From positions 992,001 through 1,056,000 of the forward strand of contig CAXXGO010000001.1 in assembly GCA_963666835.2 (NCBI GenBank): a stretch of DNA of 64,000 nucleotides. The letters are read 5' to 3'. This document shows positions 9,710-19,623 of this stretch, piece by piece; the stretch's first letter is position 1; every line of letters starts with the position of its first letter. The notes below the pieces were generated by a model. It was not told the DNA's origin. It did no database searches and saw only the letters and a program-made list of their open reading frames with translations. Source of the stretch: Phycisphaerae bacterium. Its GTDB lineage: Bacteria; Planctomycetota; Phycisphaerae; UBA1845. Position numbers and translations under genes: made by a program.

Positions 9710-10225
9710 TTACGCAGTTGCCTGCTCTTCACCGTTGTTGCTTTCTTGCTGGTGAGACTGCTGCGATTCTCTTCGTGTAGCTTCGGCGTCTACCAGACTG
9801 CGGATAAGCGCATGAACCGCTAGAGCGGCCGTGGAGAACTGCATCAGCTCACCCTCTTGGAGTGCGAATTGCTCGTCGGGTTGGTCGGAGGATCTCCGGA
9901 GTTCGCCCACAAGCTGTGGGGGAGCAATGATCGTCAGTTTTCTGATCAGGTGCTTCGTGCACTCTGCTCGAAGCCGATTCACTGTATCACTTGCGAAACG
10001 CTGGAGATGTTTCCCCACGTAGTGGTGCGGGGAGGCATAGGCGGGTCCGGTCTTCCCGCCGAAAGCCATCGACTTGCTGATACTGTACCTTGGCCAGCAG
10101 TTCTCAAACGCCCTTATTTCTTGGACATGATGGGTACCCTGTCTGGTAAAATCGCATCGCAAGAGCCGGCAGCGTTCCGCGTCGACCAAAGCGAACCAAG
10201 TACTGTCTGCAGTTCCCTTACTCAT
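9710..10225 (-). CDS. Host attachment family protein (AtsE / baeRF12-like)
   Basis: N-terminal WFALVDAERCRLL, central RFASDTVNRL, LTIIAPPQLVGELR. Confidence 0.72.
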   Translation of the reverse strand: MSKGTADSTWFALVDAERCRLLRCDFTRQGTHHVQEIRAFENCWPRYSISKSMAFGGKTGPAYASPHHYVGKHLQRFASDTVNRLRAECTKHLIRKLTIIAPPQLVGELRRSSDQPDEQFALQEGELMQFSTAALAVHALIRSLVDAEATRRESQQSHQQESNNGEEQATA

Positions 10226-10399
10226 GATCTGTTCTTGCGTGCGTCGTGCGAAGCGCTTGAGCAGTAGACTGAGTCACAAGGCCGAAGGCCGCGTTACGGC
10301 TTGGCACGCACTGGATGAACGGACGAAACAATCGAGGCCCGCGCCCGGCGGCGCGTTGCCGGCCGCGGGCCGGTCAGTCCCCCGGGAGCCACCGGTTGC

Positions 10400-10984
10400 C
10401 TACGGCTCAATCTGCTCACAGTCTACGTCCTCGCAAGTTGACCCCGCGTAGAACGTGCCGTTCATGTCGTAGCACCCGTCCTCGTCGATGTCGACGCACC
10501 TGCCACTCGGCAGACAGCAAGCTCCGCCGTCGTCGTTACGCGGCTCGGACGTCCACGAGTCCTCAGCGTCCGGTTCAGATTCAGGCTCAGGTTCGGGCTT
10601 GGCTGCCTTGGCCGACGTCATGTCGATGTAGCGCACGCCGTGCTTCTCGTAGAGCTTGCCTTTCAACTCAGCAGTCTCAAGAGCCAGCGACATGATCGTC
10701 CGTGCCGCTCCTTTGTTACCCTCGCCGATTAGGACAAGTCCTTCCTGGGTTTCCAGTGCTGCCGGCACTCCCGCACGGATGCAGTCGCGCACGCATTTGG
10801 CTTTGTCACTGGATTCGTACTTCTCCGTCATGAAGCTGTGGAGATCCACAACCTTGCCTGTCAGGGTTACGTCCCGCGGTTGACGGTTCTTGTCTCGGTC
10901 CCCGGCAGCGCACAACACTGATACGAGCAATACACCCACGACAGCCGTGATGACTGTTCTCGCGACATTCCGTTGGTTTCTCAT
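10400..10984 (-). CDS. Secreted hypothetical protein with acidic linker and Cys-rich GACC module
   Basis: Signal peptide; TLTGKVVD...CVRDCIRAGVP domain; PE-rich linker; GACCLPSGRC...C...GTFYAGSTCEDVDC tail. Confidence 0.75.
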   Translation of the reverse strand: MRNQRNVARTVITAVVGVLLVSVLCAAGDRDKNRQPRDVTLTGKVVDLHSFMTEKYESSDKAKCVRDCIRAGVPAALETQEGLVLIGEGNKGAARTIMSLALETAELKGKLYEKHGVRYIDMTSAKAAKPEPEPESEPDAEDSWTSEPRNDDGGACCLPSGRCVDIDEDGCYDMNGTFYAGSTCEDVDCEQIEP

Positions 10985-11157
10985 GCCTGTTTTCTCCGTA
11001 TTACCGGGCCCATACGCCTCTGCACGTCACCTTTCCCCGTATGCGGCGCCGCGCCGCGACTACAATCCGTTTCGCCAAACGGCAAGGTCGCAGAGTCAGC
11101 CTCCACGCGGCTGGGGCCATCTGCCACGAGTATGATCCGAGCCGGACCGGGATGTAA

Positions 11158-11191
11158 TTGGATAAGAGGGCTACTTCGGTTGGACTTTGGG
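11158..11191 (-). promoter_or_regulatory. Tandem two-box motif copy 1 (CCCAAAGTCCAA-N10-CCTCTTATCCAAT)
   Basis: Same motif and 22-bp spacing recur at 13182-13216, 16273-16307 and weakly 16488-16522; this copy overlaps the regulator's last codons. Confidence 0.55.
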
Positions 11192-11803
11192 CTTACACAA
11201 GCCGGCCGCCTGGGCGAGCAGGACAAGGTCCGCGAGGGATTCTGCCTGCATTTTGTCCATGACGCGGGCACGATGCACCTTCACGGTCTTCTCGCTGGTC
11301 CCGAGTTGGAGTGCGATCTGTTTGTTGAGTTTGCCGGCGACGACAAGGGCGAAGACTTCTCGTTCACGAGGTGTGAGCCGCTCGATCCTGCGCAGGATCT
11401 CTGAGCGCTCGGCGTGCTCGTCACGGCTTCTCCGGTCCTTGGCGAGGGCGTGCTGAATCGCATCCAGAAGAGCTTGATCGTTGAACGGTTTGGAAATGAA
11501 ATCAACTGCGCCGGCTTTCATGGCCCGGACACTCATCGGAACGTCACCATGGCCGCTGATGAAGACAATCGGGATTGTAATCCCTCGCACGTTGAGCTCA
11601 TCTTGGAGGTCCAGACCGCTCAGGCCGGGCATGCGCACGTCCAGGACCAGGCACCCCGGCCGGGATGAATCGTAGCTGTCGAGGAACTCCTGTGCACTGC
11701 TGAACATCTCGACGTTAAGGCCGACCGAACGGGCCAGTCTTTGCAGAGCGCGCCGCACGGAGTCGTCATCGTCTACGATGAACGCTGTCGGCTGGACTTT
11801 CAT
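11171..11803 (-). CDS. Response regulator, FixJ/NodW/TodT family (REC + LuxR HTH)
   Basis: IVDDD, LVLDVRMPG, ISGHGD, AVDFISKPF, LTPREREV...LNKQIA...SEKTVKVHR; start at MKVQ (ATG 11803) with GGAGG RBS. Confidence 0.95.
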   Translation of the reverse strand: MKVQPTAFIVDDDDSVRRALQRLARSVGLNVEMFSSAQEFLDSYDSSRPGCLVLDVRMPGLSGLDLQDELNVRGITIPIVFISGHGDVPMSVRAMKAGAVDFISKPFNDQALLDAIQHALAKDRRSRDEHAERSEILRRIERLTPREREVFALVVAGKLNKQIALQLGTSEKTVKVHRARVMDKMQAESLADLVLLAQAAGLCKPKVQPK

Positions 11804-11808
11804 GGGTT

Positions 11809-13080
11809 TCAGTCCTCCTGGCTGCAGGGCAAAACGAAATGCAACGTGCATCCGCCATCTGCGTTGGGGCTCGCCCACAGGCGACCGTGGTGGGCCGTAA
11901 TGATCGAGCTGCAAATCGCCAAACCCATGCCCATTCCGTCGGCCTTTGTAGTGAAGAAGGGTTCGAACATGTGCTCGGCTACCTTGTCCGATAACCCTGA
12001 TCCGTGGTCGTGTATGGAGACCTTCACGCCGTCATCGCATATAGTCGTCTCGACGATCATCTGTCGCCGTTCGGGCTTTGTCTCCAGCATTGCCTCCAGT
12101 CCGTTCCGAACTAAGTTGAGCAGCACCTGTTGGAGTTGCACCCGATCGCCCATGATCGGCCGGACGTCTTTGCCGAGGCAGAAACACACCTTGGCGTTCT
12201 CGCACCGGCCGAGCGCTTCTGCGATGGGAGCGATTCCTTTGACCAGTTCATTGATATTCAAGATGGAATACTCAGGCTCGCATCTGCGGAGCTGATCCCT
12301 CAGCCCCTGTACGACCCTGCTGGCCCGCTCAACGTCTTCTAAGATGTCTCCTAAGGCGTCCTGCACTTCGCCGGCAGACACATCTGCGTCGAGCATCCTC
12401 TGCGCCGCGCGGGCGTTGGTGCCGATGGCACAAAGCGGCTGGTTCAGCTCGTGCGCCATTGCGGCCGCGAACTCGCCTACGGCGTGGACGCGGCTCATGT
12501 GAGCGATCTCGGCCTGCTGGATTCGAATCGTCTCCTCGGCCTGCTTTACCGGAGTGATGTCCCGCTCGGTGGTGGCGATCGCCTCGAGCTTACCTGACGC
12601 ATCAATCAGGGCCGTGACGGTCAGCCAGATGTTTATGGTCCTGGCATCCTTCGTCAGCCGGGTCGTCTCAAAGGACTTGACGGTCTCGCCTGAAGCGATC
12701 TGGTAAGCGAAGGCCTGAGCTTCGGGTCGCGAATCAGGCGGGACGAGCTTCAGGATGCTCATCCCCAAGGCCTCTGCCTCGGTGTAGCCGTACATCAGCT
12801 CGGCGCCCCGGTTCCAGGCGAGGATTTGCCCATCGAAAGTCTGGATAATGACCGCATCGTTGGAGTTCCTGACGATGGCCGTGAGGCGTCGCAGCTCCGC
12901 CTCCGCGTCTTTGCGGTCGCGCGGAGCTGCCTCTTTGGGCAGGTGTTTGACGAGAGCGGGCGCGGGCAGCTCTGTTTGAACCCCAGCGACGGCGGCCGGC
13001 GCGTGTGCCGGCGTGCCCGAGCCCGGCCCCTGCATGCTACCGGTCTTCGAGGATTGTCGCCTCTGCCTCCGGCTTTTCAT
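11809..13080 (-). CDS. Cytoplasmic PAS-domain sensor histidine kinase (FixL/NodV-like)
   Basis: PAS (AIVRNSNDAVI...WNRGAELMYGY), H-box AHELNQPL, QVLLNLVRNG, DHGSG, PFFTTK, GMGMGL; no TM segment; GGAGG RBS before ATG 13080. Confidence 0.93.
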   Translation of the reverse strand: MKSRRQRRQSSKTGSMQGPGSGTPAHAPAAVAGVQTELPAPALVKHLPKEAAPRDRKDAEAELRRLTAIVRNSNDAVIIQTFDGQILAWNRGAELMYGYTEAEALGMSILKLVPPDSRPEAQAFAYQIASGETVKSFETTRLTKDARTINIWLTVTALIDASGKLEAIATTERDITPVKQAEETIRIQQAEIAHMSRVHAVGEFAAAMAHELNQPLCAIGTNARAAQRMLDADVSAGEVQDALGDILEDVERASRVVQGLRDQLRRCEPEYSILNINELVKGIAPIAEALGRCENAKVCFCLGKDVRPIMGDRVQLQQVLLNLVRNGLEAMLETKPERRQMIVETTICDDGVKVSIHDHGSGLSDKVAEHMFEPFFTTKADGMGMGLAICSSIITAHHGRLWASPNADGGCTLHFVLPCSQED

Positions 13081-13181
13081 CTGGACCTCCCGGCAGCAAC
13101 GTTCGCGGAAAGATGGTCTCAAACCGCACCATTGTAACGATGGCAGGAACCGTTCCGCAACTTGCTGGGGGCCTACCTTGC

Positions 13182-13216
13182 CCTAAAGTCCAACGTGGCT
13201 AGGGCCAACGGCCAAT
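13182..13216 (+). promoter_or_regulatory. Tandem two-box motif copy 2 (CCTAAAGTCCAA-N10-GCCAACGGCCAAT)
   Basis: Intergenic, upstream of the DUF5698-mgtE genes; 22-bp period. Confidence 0.55.
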
Positions 13217-13452
13217 AGTACCGGACGGCTCCTCCGGGCATACTCCGAGAGCTGCTCGGCTGCGCTAGTTACGACGGCGCGGGTCCGGGTTCTATGGACG
13301 TTAGCGTCCCTGCCTCCGGCGACGGGACCGCGGTTGGGGCGTTCCGAGCAGGCTCGGTCTTGGGGTTTATCTCGATGCCGCGCGGGTTGGGTATTGCAAC
13401 GCGAAGCAGCAGGTGGCGAGAGGCTGTCAACGTGCTGGAGTAGTAACGACCG

Positions 13453-14130
13453 ATGATCGAACACCTTTCATTTGCTCCGATATGGCTGCCCGTGTTGATC
13501 TTCTGTGCGCGAGTCGCGGACGTTTCGATCGGGACTCTTCGCATGATCTGCATTGTGCGGGACCAAAGGCCGCTAGCGGTGGTTCTGAGCTTTGCCGAAG
13601 TGACCATCTGGCTGTTAGCGGTGACCAGTGTGCTGACTCATCTGGACCAGTGGGTCAACATCCTCGCATACGCTGGGGGTTACGCAACGGGCAGCGCCGT
13701 TGGCATGTGGATCGAGAGCCGGCTCGCGCTCGGTACCCAGTTGGTGACATTCGTCTCATGCGGGACGGCGCAGGCGGTTGCGGAGCGGCTGCGATTTGCC
13801 GATCACGTTGTCACGACGATTGCGGGCAGGAATCACGATGGCCCAGTGTCCATCTGCCACGCGATTCTTCCACGCAAGCAGACGGCGGCGGTTATTCGGA
13901 TGGCACGAGAGATTGACCCGGACGTCATGGCGACGATCGAGGATGTTCGCGCTACGACGATTCATCACGCGGCGGGTTGCGGGCCGGGAAAGGTGCCTTT
14001 GTCATGGCGAGGCTCGATCCTGAACCGCCTGTTTGGAGGGTCTCAGCGCGGGCGTATGGCCTTCGACGGACGCCGCCGCGCAGCTTCCGGCGGCTTCGAC
14101 CCCGACACCGCTGTTTCGGAAGCGGCGTAG
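13453..14130 (+). CDS. DUF5698/DUF2179 (UPF0316-like) membrane protein
   Basis: IFCARVADVSIGTLR, FAEVTIW, YAGGYATG, C-terminal IDPDVMATIEDVR. Confidence 0.85.
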   Translation: MIEHLSFAPIWLPVLIFCARVADVSIGTLRMICIVRDQRPLAVVLSFAEVTIWLLAVTSVLTHLDQWVNILAYAGGYATGSAVGMWIESRLALGTQLVTFVSCGTAQAVAERLRFADHVVTTIAGRNHDGPVSICHAILPRKQTAAVIRMAREIDPDVMATIEDVRATTIHHAAGCGPGKVPLSWRGSILNRLFGGSQRGRMAFDGRRRAASGGFDPDTAVSEAA

Positions 14131-14257
14131 TACTTCGCCGCACTGCAGAGGCGTCTTCGTTGCCTACACGCCGCTGTTCGCCTCGAACGCGGCATGCTCT
14201 ATGCCAGCAGCCGACCGGGGCTTGGTTTCAACATCGAGGGACTACCGGAGGTGACCC

Positions 14258-15619
14258 GTGCCTGACGCAGTCGACCGTCCGGCAGAAGAGCTTCAGAGCC
14301 TGATCGCCGAGGGCGATGGCGAGCGGCTTGACGAGTACGTGGGGTACCTCACTGCAGGCGAGACGGCGCGCGCGGTTTCCTGCCTGGAGGAGGGTGACCA
14401 GGCCCGCCTGCTGGATCTGATGTCTTCGGCGGATGCGGCGGCTCTTGTCGAGCAGATCCCCTGCGTCCAGGCGGCTCCGCTGATAGAGCATCTGGAGCCT
14501 GAGAAAGCGGCGGAGATTCTCCGCGAGCTCCCGAGTGACGAGCAAGCAGATTTGCTCACTGCGATCGAGCCGGAAAACGCGGAAGCCATCCTCGCAGAGA
14601 TGACCCCGCATGAGTCGCAGACCGTTCGGGAGCTTACCAACTACCCGGGCGATGTCGCGGGCGGACTCATGGTCGCCGAGTACGTCGACTTTCCGACCGA
14701 AGCCACTGTCGGCGACGTGATAGCCGGCCTTCAGCGCGGGGCCGACAAGTATCGTGATTATGCCGTGCAATACGTCTATGTCACTGCGGAAACGGGTGAG
14801 CTTGTTGGGGTCCTTCGGCTGCGTGATCTGCTGCTCGCCGGCAGGCATCAGGTCATTAGAAGCCTGATGATCCAAGAGCCGCGGTCTGTCCCGGTTCTTG
14901 CCGGCGTCGACGAGCTCTTCGATTTCTTCAGCCGGCATCATCTCTTAGGTGCGCCCGTCGTAGATGACGCCGGCAATCTTCTTGGGATTGTACACCGTGC
15001 CGCCGTCGAGGCGGCGCGAGGCGCCCATAGCGAAAGCAACTACCTCAAGTCCCAGGGCATTGTTGGCGGTGAGGAACTGCGCGCGATGCCGTTGCTGCTG
15101 CGCTCGCGTCGGCGGCTGGCATGGTTAAGCCTGAACATCGTCCTCAACATCGTCGCGGCCAGCGTGATTGCTTTCTATCAGGAAACGCTTGCTGCGGTGA
15201 TCGCCCTGGCCGTGTTCCTCCCGATCATCTCGGACATGAGCGGGTGCTCGGGCAGCCAAGCGGTTGCAGTGAGCATCAGGGAACTGACCATGGGGTTTGT
15301 GCGCCCGGTGGAGCTGGGTTATGTGCTTGCCAAGGAAGCCTGCGTTGGCTGCCTCAACGGACTTGTGCTGGGCATTCTCATCGCGTCGGTCGCTTGGCTG
15401 TGGAAAGGAAATCCCTTCCTCGGGCTCGTTGTCGGGGCGGCTATGGCTCTTAACACGCTCGTGTCCGTTTCCATTGGTGGGACCGTTCCGCTGATTCTGA
15501 AGCGGATGAATGTGGATCCTGCTCTGGCTTCCGGTCCAATCTTGACCACGATCACGGATATGTGTGGGTTCTTCTTGGTGCTCAGCCTTGCATCGGCTGC
15601 GCTGCCGCTCCTGTCGTAA
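14258..15619 (+). CDS. mgtE: Magnesium transporter MgtE
   Basis: MgtE_N helical region, AGGLM, CBS pair, RRLAWL, FLPIISDMSG, DPALASGPILTTITD; GGAGG RBS before GTG. Confidence 0.94.
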   Translation: MPDAVDRPAEELQSLIAEGDGERLDEYVGYLTAGETARAVSCLEEGDQARLLDLMSSADAAALVEQIPCVQAAPLIEHLEPEKAAEILRELPSDEQADLLTAIEPENAEAILAEMTPHESQTVRELTNYPGDVAGGLMVAEYVDFPTEATVGDVIAGLQRGADKYRDYAVQYVYVTAETGELVGVLRLRDLLLAGRHQVIRSLMIQEPRSVPVLAGVDELFDFFSRHHLLGAPVVDDAGNLLGIVHRAAVEAARGAHSESNYLKSQGIVGGEELRAMPLLLRSRRRLAWLSLNIVLNIVAASVIAFYQETLAAVIALAVFLPIISDMSGCSGSQAVAVSIRELTMGFVRPVELGYVLAKEACVGCLNGLVLGILIASVAWLWKGNPFLGLVVGAAMALNTLVSVSIGGTVPLILKRMNVDPALASGPILTTITDMCGFFLVLSLASAALPLLS

Positions 15620-15629
15620 CCGGGACCCG

Positions 15630-16244
15630 CTACGCGGCAGGTCGCAGTACATGCGCCTCGGACAGTTCCCCCGGCGGGAAATCGATTCGCACGGGCCTGC
15701 GGGGCGCACGTCCCATCAACCAGAATCGGATGCGCTCCCACCATGTAAGTGATGTCTTCCAGTGGTTGATTGCTCTTCTGATCCTCGTGACCGCTCGGTG
15801 GTTCTCGTCGTTGATCTCGTCCAGAACCCACAGGCATCCGGATACGTTATGGGCCAGGAGTAACGCTGTAGCGTAGTTGGCCTTGACGACCGTTGGAATG
15901 TCCGGCCTGAGCGAGATGCCGTCCGGCTCGAGAACCAGGTCGCGATAGAGCTCGATGGCATTGACGATGTGTCCCACACGCATCAGGCTGACACCGTACG
16001 CGTCCGTCAGGGCCGGCGACCTGTGGCGGTGCTTGTCGAGGGCCACAAGTGCCTTGTATGGCCTGCCCGCCTTCAAGAACTTCCGTGCCTCTTCAACGAT
16101 GGTGTTGTCATCTCTTACATTCGTAGCCATGGCTGGACATCCGACCCTCTGTCGAAACTGCGTTCTCACCGCGAGCTTGCTTATCAGATATCTGTCCTGC
16201 AGACTTCTCAGGCATTGTTCCTTGATTGTGGACCCGCCATACAT
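15630..16244 (-). CDS. TPR-like helical hypothetical protein (start may be ATG 16130)
   Basis: DAYGVSLMRVGHIVNAIELYRDL and NYATALLL TPR-like helices; two-box motif directly upstream. Confidence 0.65.
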   Translation of the reverse strand: MYGGSTIKEQCLRSLQDRYLISKLAVRTQFRQRVGCPAMATNVRDDNTIVEEARKFLKAGRPYKALVALDKHRHRSPALTDAYGVSLMRVGHIVNAIELYRDLVLEPDGISLRPDIPTVVKANYATALLLAHNVSGCLWVLDEINDENHRAVTRIRRAINHWKTSLTWWERIRFWLMGRAPRRPVRIDFPPGELSEAHVLRPAA

Positions 16245-16272
16245 ATTGTTAATCGTCGTTCGCCGTGAGGAA

Positions 16273-16307
16273 ATTGGACCTCAGTCCAGGTTTGATGGGA
16301 CTTTCGG
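16273..16307 (-). promoter_or_regulatory. Tandem two-box motif copy 3 (CCGAAAGTCCCA-N10-ACTGAGGTCCAAT)
   Basis: Intergenic, upstream of the TPR-like gene; 22-bp period. Confidence 0.55.
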
Positions 16308-16618
16308 GATATGGGAGGCGTGCCGCGCAGAGAGGGCAGCCAAGGCCGCGCGGTCATCGAAGCGATAGCAGGGGCGCTGTAAGAACGTATGGCGTTATCG
16401 ATTGCAGGCGGTTATATCGTCTGCCGTAGTCTGGATTCCCGCACCGGTCGAGTTCCTCTTCCATTCCCGCTAATCATGGCGGGTAGGGCGAAAGTCTCAT
16501 ACGAGTGGGCCTCAAAGCCTATAACATGTGGCCCTGCAGTCCTTTATACTGGCAGCGTAGGAAAAGCGCCACGCGCCGGCAAGGCGTGAGCCATGAGTGG
16601 TAAGCCGGGGCAGGAACG

Positions 16619-18325
16619 ATGATCTTCAAGGGTAGGTGTATCAGCCGCGGGGTTGCGCGAGGTCCTGCGATCCTGTGGGATTCGGGACCAGCCCTGGCTT
16701 CTGCGCTGAAGACCCGCCCAAGCGGTCCTCCGGCGTTCGAGCTGGAGCGGCTAAACGCGGCAATCGGACGTGCGTGTGTCCAGCTTAACAGGATCCGCCG
16801 ACAGGTCGCGTGGCGCGCCACGGATCATTGCGAAGTGATCTTCGACACGCACGCCAGCTTGCTTCGTGACGCAGCATTCGTCGACAGAATCGAACACGCC
16901 ATCGTCGCAGACGGCCAATCAGCCGAGTCCGCGGTTTCACAGGTGGTTGGGGAACTTCATTCCAAGTTCTCGCGAAGTCAGACTCCGCTGGTGCATGAGA
17001 AGGCGGCGGATATCCTCGACATCGGATGGCGCTTGATCCGATGTCTTTCCACGACGCCCGCGAAGGATGATGCCTACTTCGCGGGTAAGGTCATCTTAGC
17101 CATCCTGGTGACACCTTCTGAGTTCGTTTATTTCGTCCAGCAAGGTGCCGTTGCGGTAGTCACCGAGTCCTGTGGCGCGAAATCACACACTGCCATTCTT
17201 GCCCGTGGGCTGGGCATTCCCTTGGTCACCGGCGTTTCCGCGGCTTCTGACATCCTGGCCACCGAAGTAGAAGTCCTTGTCGATGCCGATAGCGGCACAG
17301 TTGTCGTAGAACCCGACCAGGCCGATCCTGTCGTCGTACGACCCATCACGGATCGCCTCCAACATCGTACTGTCGGACGACCGGATCCGGTGCCCCCGGT
17401 TACCGCGGATGGCGTTTCGATCGAGTTGTTGTTGAACATCAGCATTCCCGCCGAAGCGGCCGCCGTGCGTTTGCTGGGCGCCGCCGGCGTCGGCCTGTTT
17501 CGCACCGAGTTCCTGTACATGGACTGCCTGGCTTGGCCGTCCGAAGATCAGAGCTACGCGGCATATCGGCGAGTGGCATCCGAGATCCAAGACGCGGAGC
17601 TGAATATCCGGTTGGCCGACTTTGGTGCGGAGAAGTGCCCGCCGTACGCGGACATTCCGGTCAATCGCAATCCCAGCCTTGGCTTGCGTGGGTTGCGGCT
17701 TCTGCTTCAAAGAGAGGACATTCTCCGGCCGCAGCTCTGCGCGATTTCGCGGCTGGCCCGGGAACGTCCTCTGACGGTTCTGCTTCCCATGCTTGACACG
17801 GTTGACTGTCTTCATGGGGCAACAAACAAGGTGTGCCGAATCCTGGGCTGCAAGGACCGACACGGCCTGCCTTTCAAACTGGGAACGATGATCGAGGTCC
17901 CCTCGGCTGCGTTGCAGGTCGACGAGATCTTACCGTATGTGGAGTCGATCGCCCTCGGGTTGAACGATCTGACTCAGTACTTGTTGGCCGCCGATCGGGA
18001 CGACGAGCTGGTCGAAGGTTACCATGACGCCCTGCAGCCGACGGTGCTCAGGCTTACGCGCGCGGTGGTCGAATCGGCCGGCCGTGCCGGCAAGCCGGTT
18101 ACCGTTTGTGGCGAACTGGCCGGCGACCCGACCATGACGGCTCCGCTCCTGGCCTTGGGTGTCAGACGCCTCAGTGTTTCGCAGTCCATGTTCCAGGATG
18201 TTGTCGAGGCGATCCGCCGCGTTCCGCTGGGTTCATTAGATGATCTTGCTGACCGGATTCTGAGCCTCGAATCAGGCGAGGCGGTTCGCAAGGTTCTTGC
18301 TGAGGAGCTGAAGTTGTATAAGTAG
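16619..18325 (+). CDS. ptsI: Phosphoenolpyruvate-protein phosphotransferase (PTS enzyme I)
   Basis: SHTAILAR phospho-His, GVGLFRTEFL, NPSLGLRGLR, MIEVPSAA, NDLTQY, CGELAGDP. Confidence 0.88.
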   Translation: MIFKGRCISRGVARGPAILWDSGPALASALKTRPSGPPAFELERLNAAIGRACVQLNRIRRQVAWRATDHCEVIFDTHASLLRDAAFVDRIEHAIVADGQSAESAVSQVVGELHSKFSRSQTPLVHEKAADILDIGWRLIRCLSTTPAKDDAYFAGKVILAILVTPSEFVYFVQQGAVAVVTESCGAKSHTAILARGLGIPLVTGVSAASDILATEVEVLVDADSGTVVVEPDQADPVVVRPITDRLQHRTVGRPDPVPPVTADGVSIELLLNISIPAEAAAVRLLGAAGVGLFRTEFLYMDCLAWPSEDQSYAAYRRVASEIQDAELNIRLADFGAEKCPPYADIPVNRNPSLGLRGLRLLLQREDILRPQLCAISRLARERPLTVLLPMLDTVDCLHGATNKVCRILGCKDRHGLPFKLGTMIEVPSAALQVDEILPYVESIALGLNDLTQYLLAADRDDELVEGYHDALQPTVLRLTRAVVESAGRAGKPVTVCGELAGDPTMTAPLLALGVRRLSVSQSMFQDVVEAIRRVPLGSLDDLADRILSLESGEAVRKVLAEELKLYK

Positions 18326-18827
18326 CCTAACTGGGCTGGAGAACTGCCCAGCTCGAAACGCGCGGTGTTCGCGGAGAAGGGCAATGGTCCGAACAAGATC
18401 TGTGGGCAGCGCCTGCCGGAAGTGTGGATCTACTGCATCACAGCCTGGTCGGTGTCTGTGAATTGGGGTGGGCCATTGAGATCAACGATGGGGGACTTCT
18501 GCCTCTGACGTCCGTACATGGGGGCTTGGCTACGGAGCCCCGAGCACCGCGTCGTGGTCGCCACTCGTCGACGGATCCGGCAGGTCCATGGGCTTTCGGC
18601 GGACGCCGCCTAGCCTGGGCCGCTCAATTGGCTAAACAGTTTTCGCAAGCCTCCGCGTCGGGAGTTTCTCACGCACGGCGAGGAGGAATCAGTGAGCGAA
18701 CGTGCTGCTCGGGCACGCGCCCCAGGGGGTTGGAATGTCGGCGTGCCGCGCTATCGTATTACGCACGGTTCAGACTCGATATTAACGATGTTTCCTGTTG
18801 ACCCCCGTGGCCGGGTACGCGCCATCG

Positions 18828-19550
18828 TCACCTTGCTTTTGTTGTGCCCCCTTTCATCGCAGTGCGCACGGCCAAGATTGCCTCAACGGCCTGGTCGATG
18901 GCGAAGTGCTCCATGTTGAGCGTCAGATCACACCGCATTGGATCATTGATGTCAACACGGAAGTGCTGCCGAACAAACTCAGCACGCTCTCGGTCTATCC
19001 TGGTTACGAGATCTCCGGCCTGTTTTAAGGTGATGCCATGGCGATCGGCGAATCGCTGCAAACGCATCGCGATGGGTGCTACAATCCGAACCCGGAAGCC
19101 AAGGTTCAGCGGCAGCATGAGATCGGCGCCGCGGCCTACGAAAACGGCAGAACCTTGGCGAGCCAACGAGAGTGTCGTCTTTACAAGGCGTCGAAAGTAG
19201 TCGTTCCTGCTGAACTCTGGATCGGTGACCGAACGAAAGGCCTCCTCCCACCAGCCCAAGTCTTGCTCATCAAGGGACTCGTAGATTCTGTGGCGGGTCG
19301 CGTCGTCTCCGGCCATGGCTTGCAGGATTTCCTTATCCAGCCGCGGCCATTTGAGTCGCGCAGCCAAGGCGGCGGATATTTCCGATGCCCCAGCCCCCAC
19401 TTGCCGGGAGATGGTGATGAAATCCTCGACTTCCTGTCGGAGGGTCTCATCGCCAAGCGAGCGTTGAGTCCGTCTCATCTCCCAGTTCCGCAGCTGCCGA
19501 TCCACCATCTTTGCAATCTCAGGGCTATCGAATTTCCGCCGTTCCAACAT
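18828..19550 (-). CDS. Cytidylate kinase-like family protein
   Basis: ITISRQVGAG, VFVGRGA, RVRIVAP, DRER...F...DP..DLTLN. Confidence 0.85.
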   Translation of the reverse strand: MLERRKFDSPEIAKMVDRQLRNWEMRRTQRSLGDETLRQEVEDFITISRQVGAGASEISAALAARLKWPRLDKEILQAMAGDDATRHRIYESLDEQDLGWWEEAFRSVTDPEFSRNDYFRRLVKTTLSLARQGSAVFVGRGADLMLPLNLGFRVRIVAPIAMRLQRFADRHGITLKQAGDLVTRIDRERAEFVRQHFRVDINDPMRCDLTLNMEHFAIDQAVEAILAVRTAMKGGTTKAR

Positions 19551-19623
19551 GCTCCGAACTCCTTCTCACCTGTCGTAGCCAGTTACCCGCGCATGCAGGT
19601 TCTTCTGCCTGCGCGACGGATAC

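Noticed and set aside
18330..18820. About 500-bp gap between convergent ptsI and cytidylate-kinase-like genes, containing short ORFs
   Set aside because: No recognisable protein motif, RNA family or repeat.
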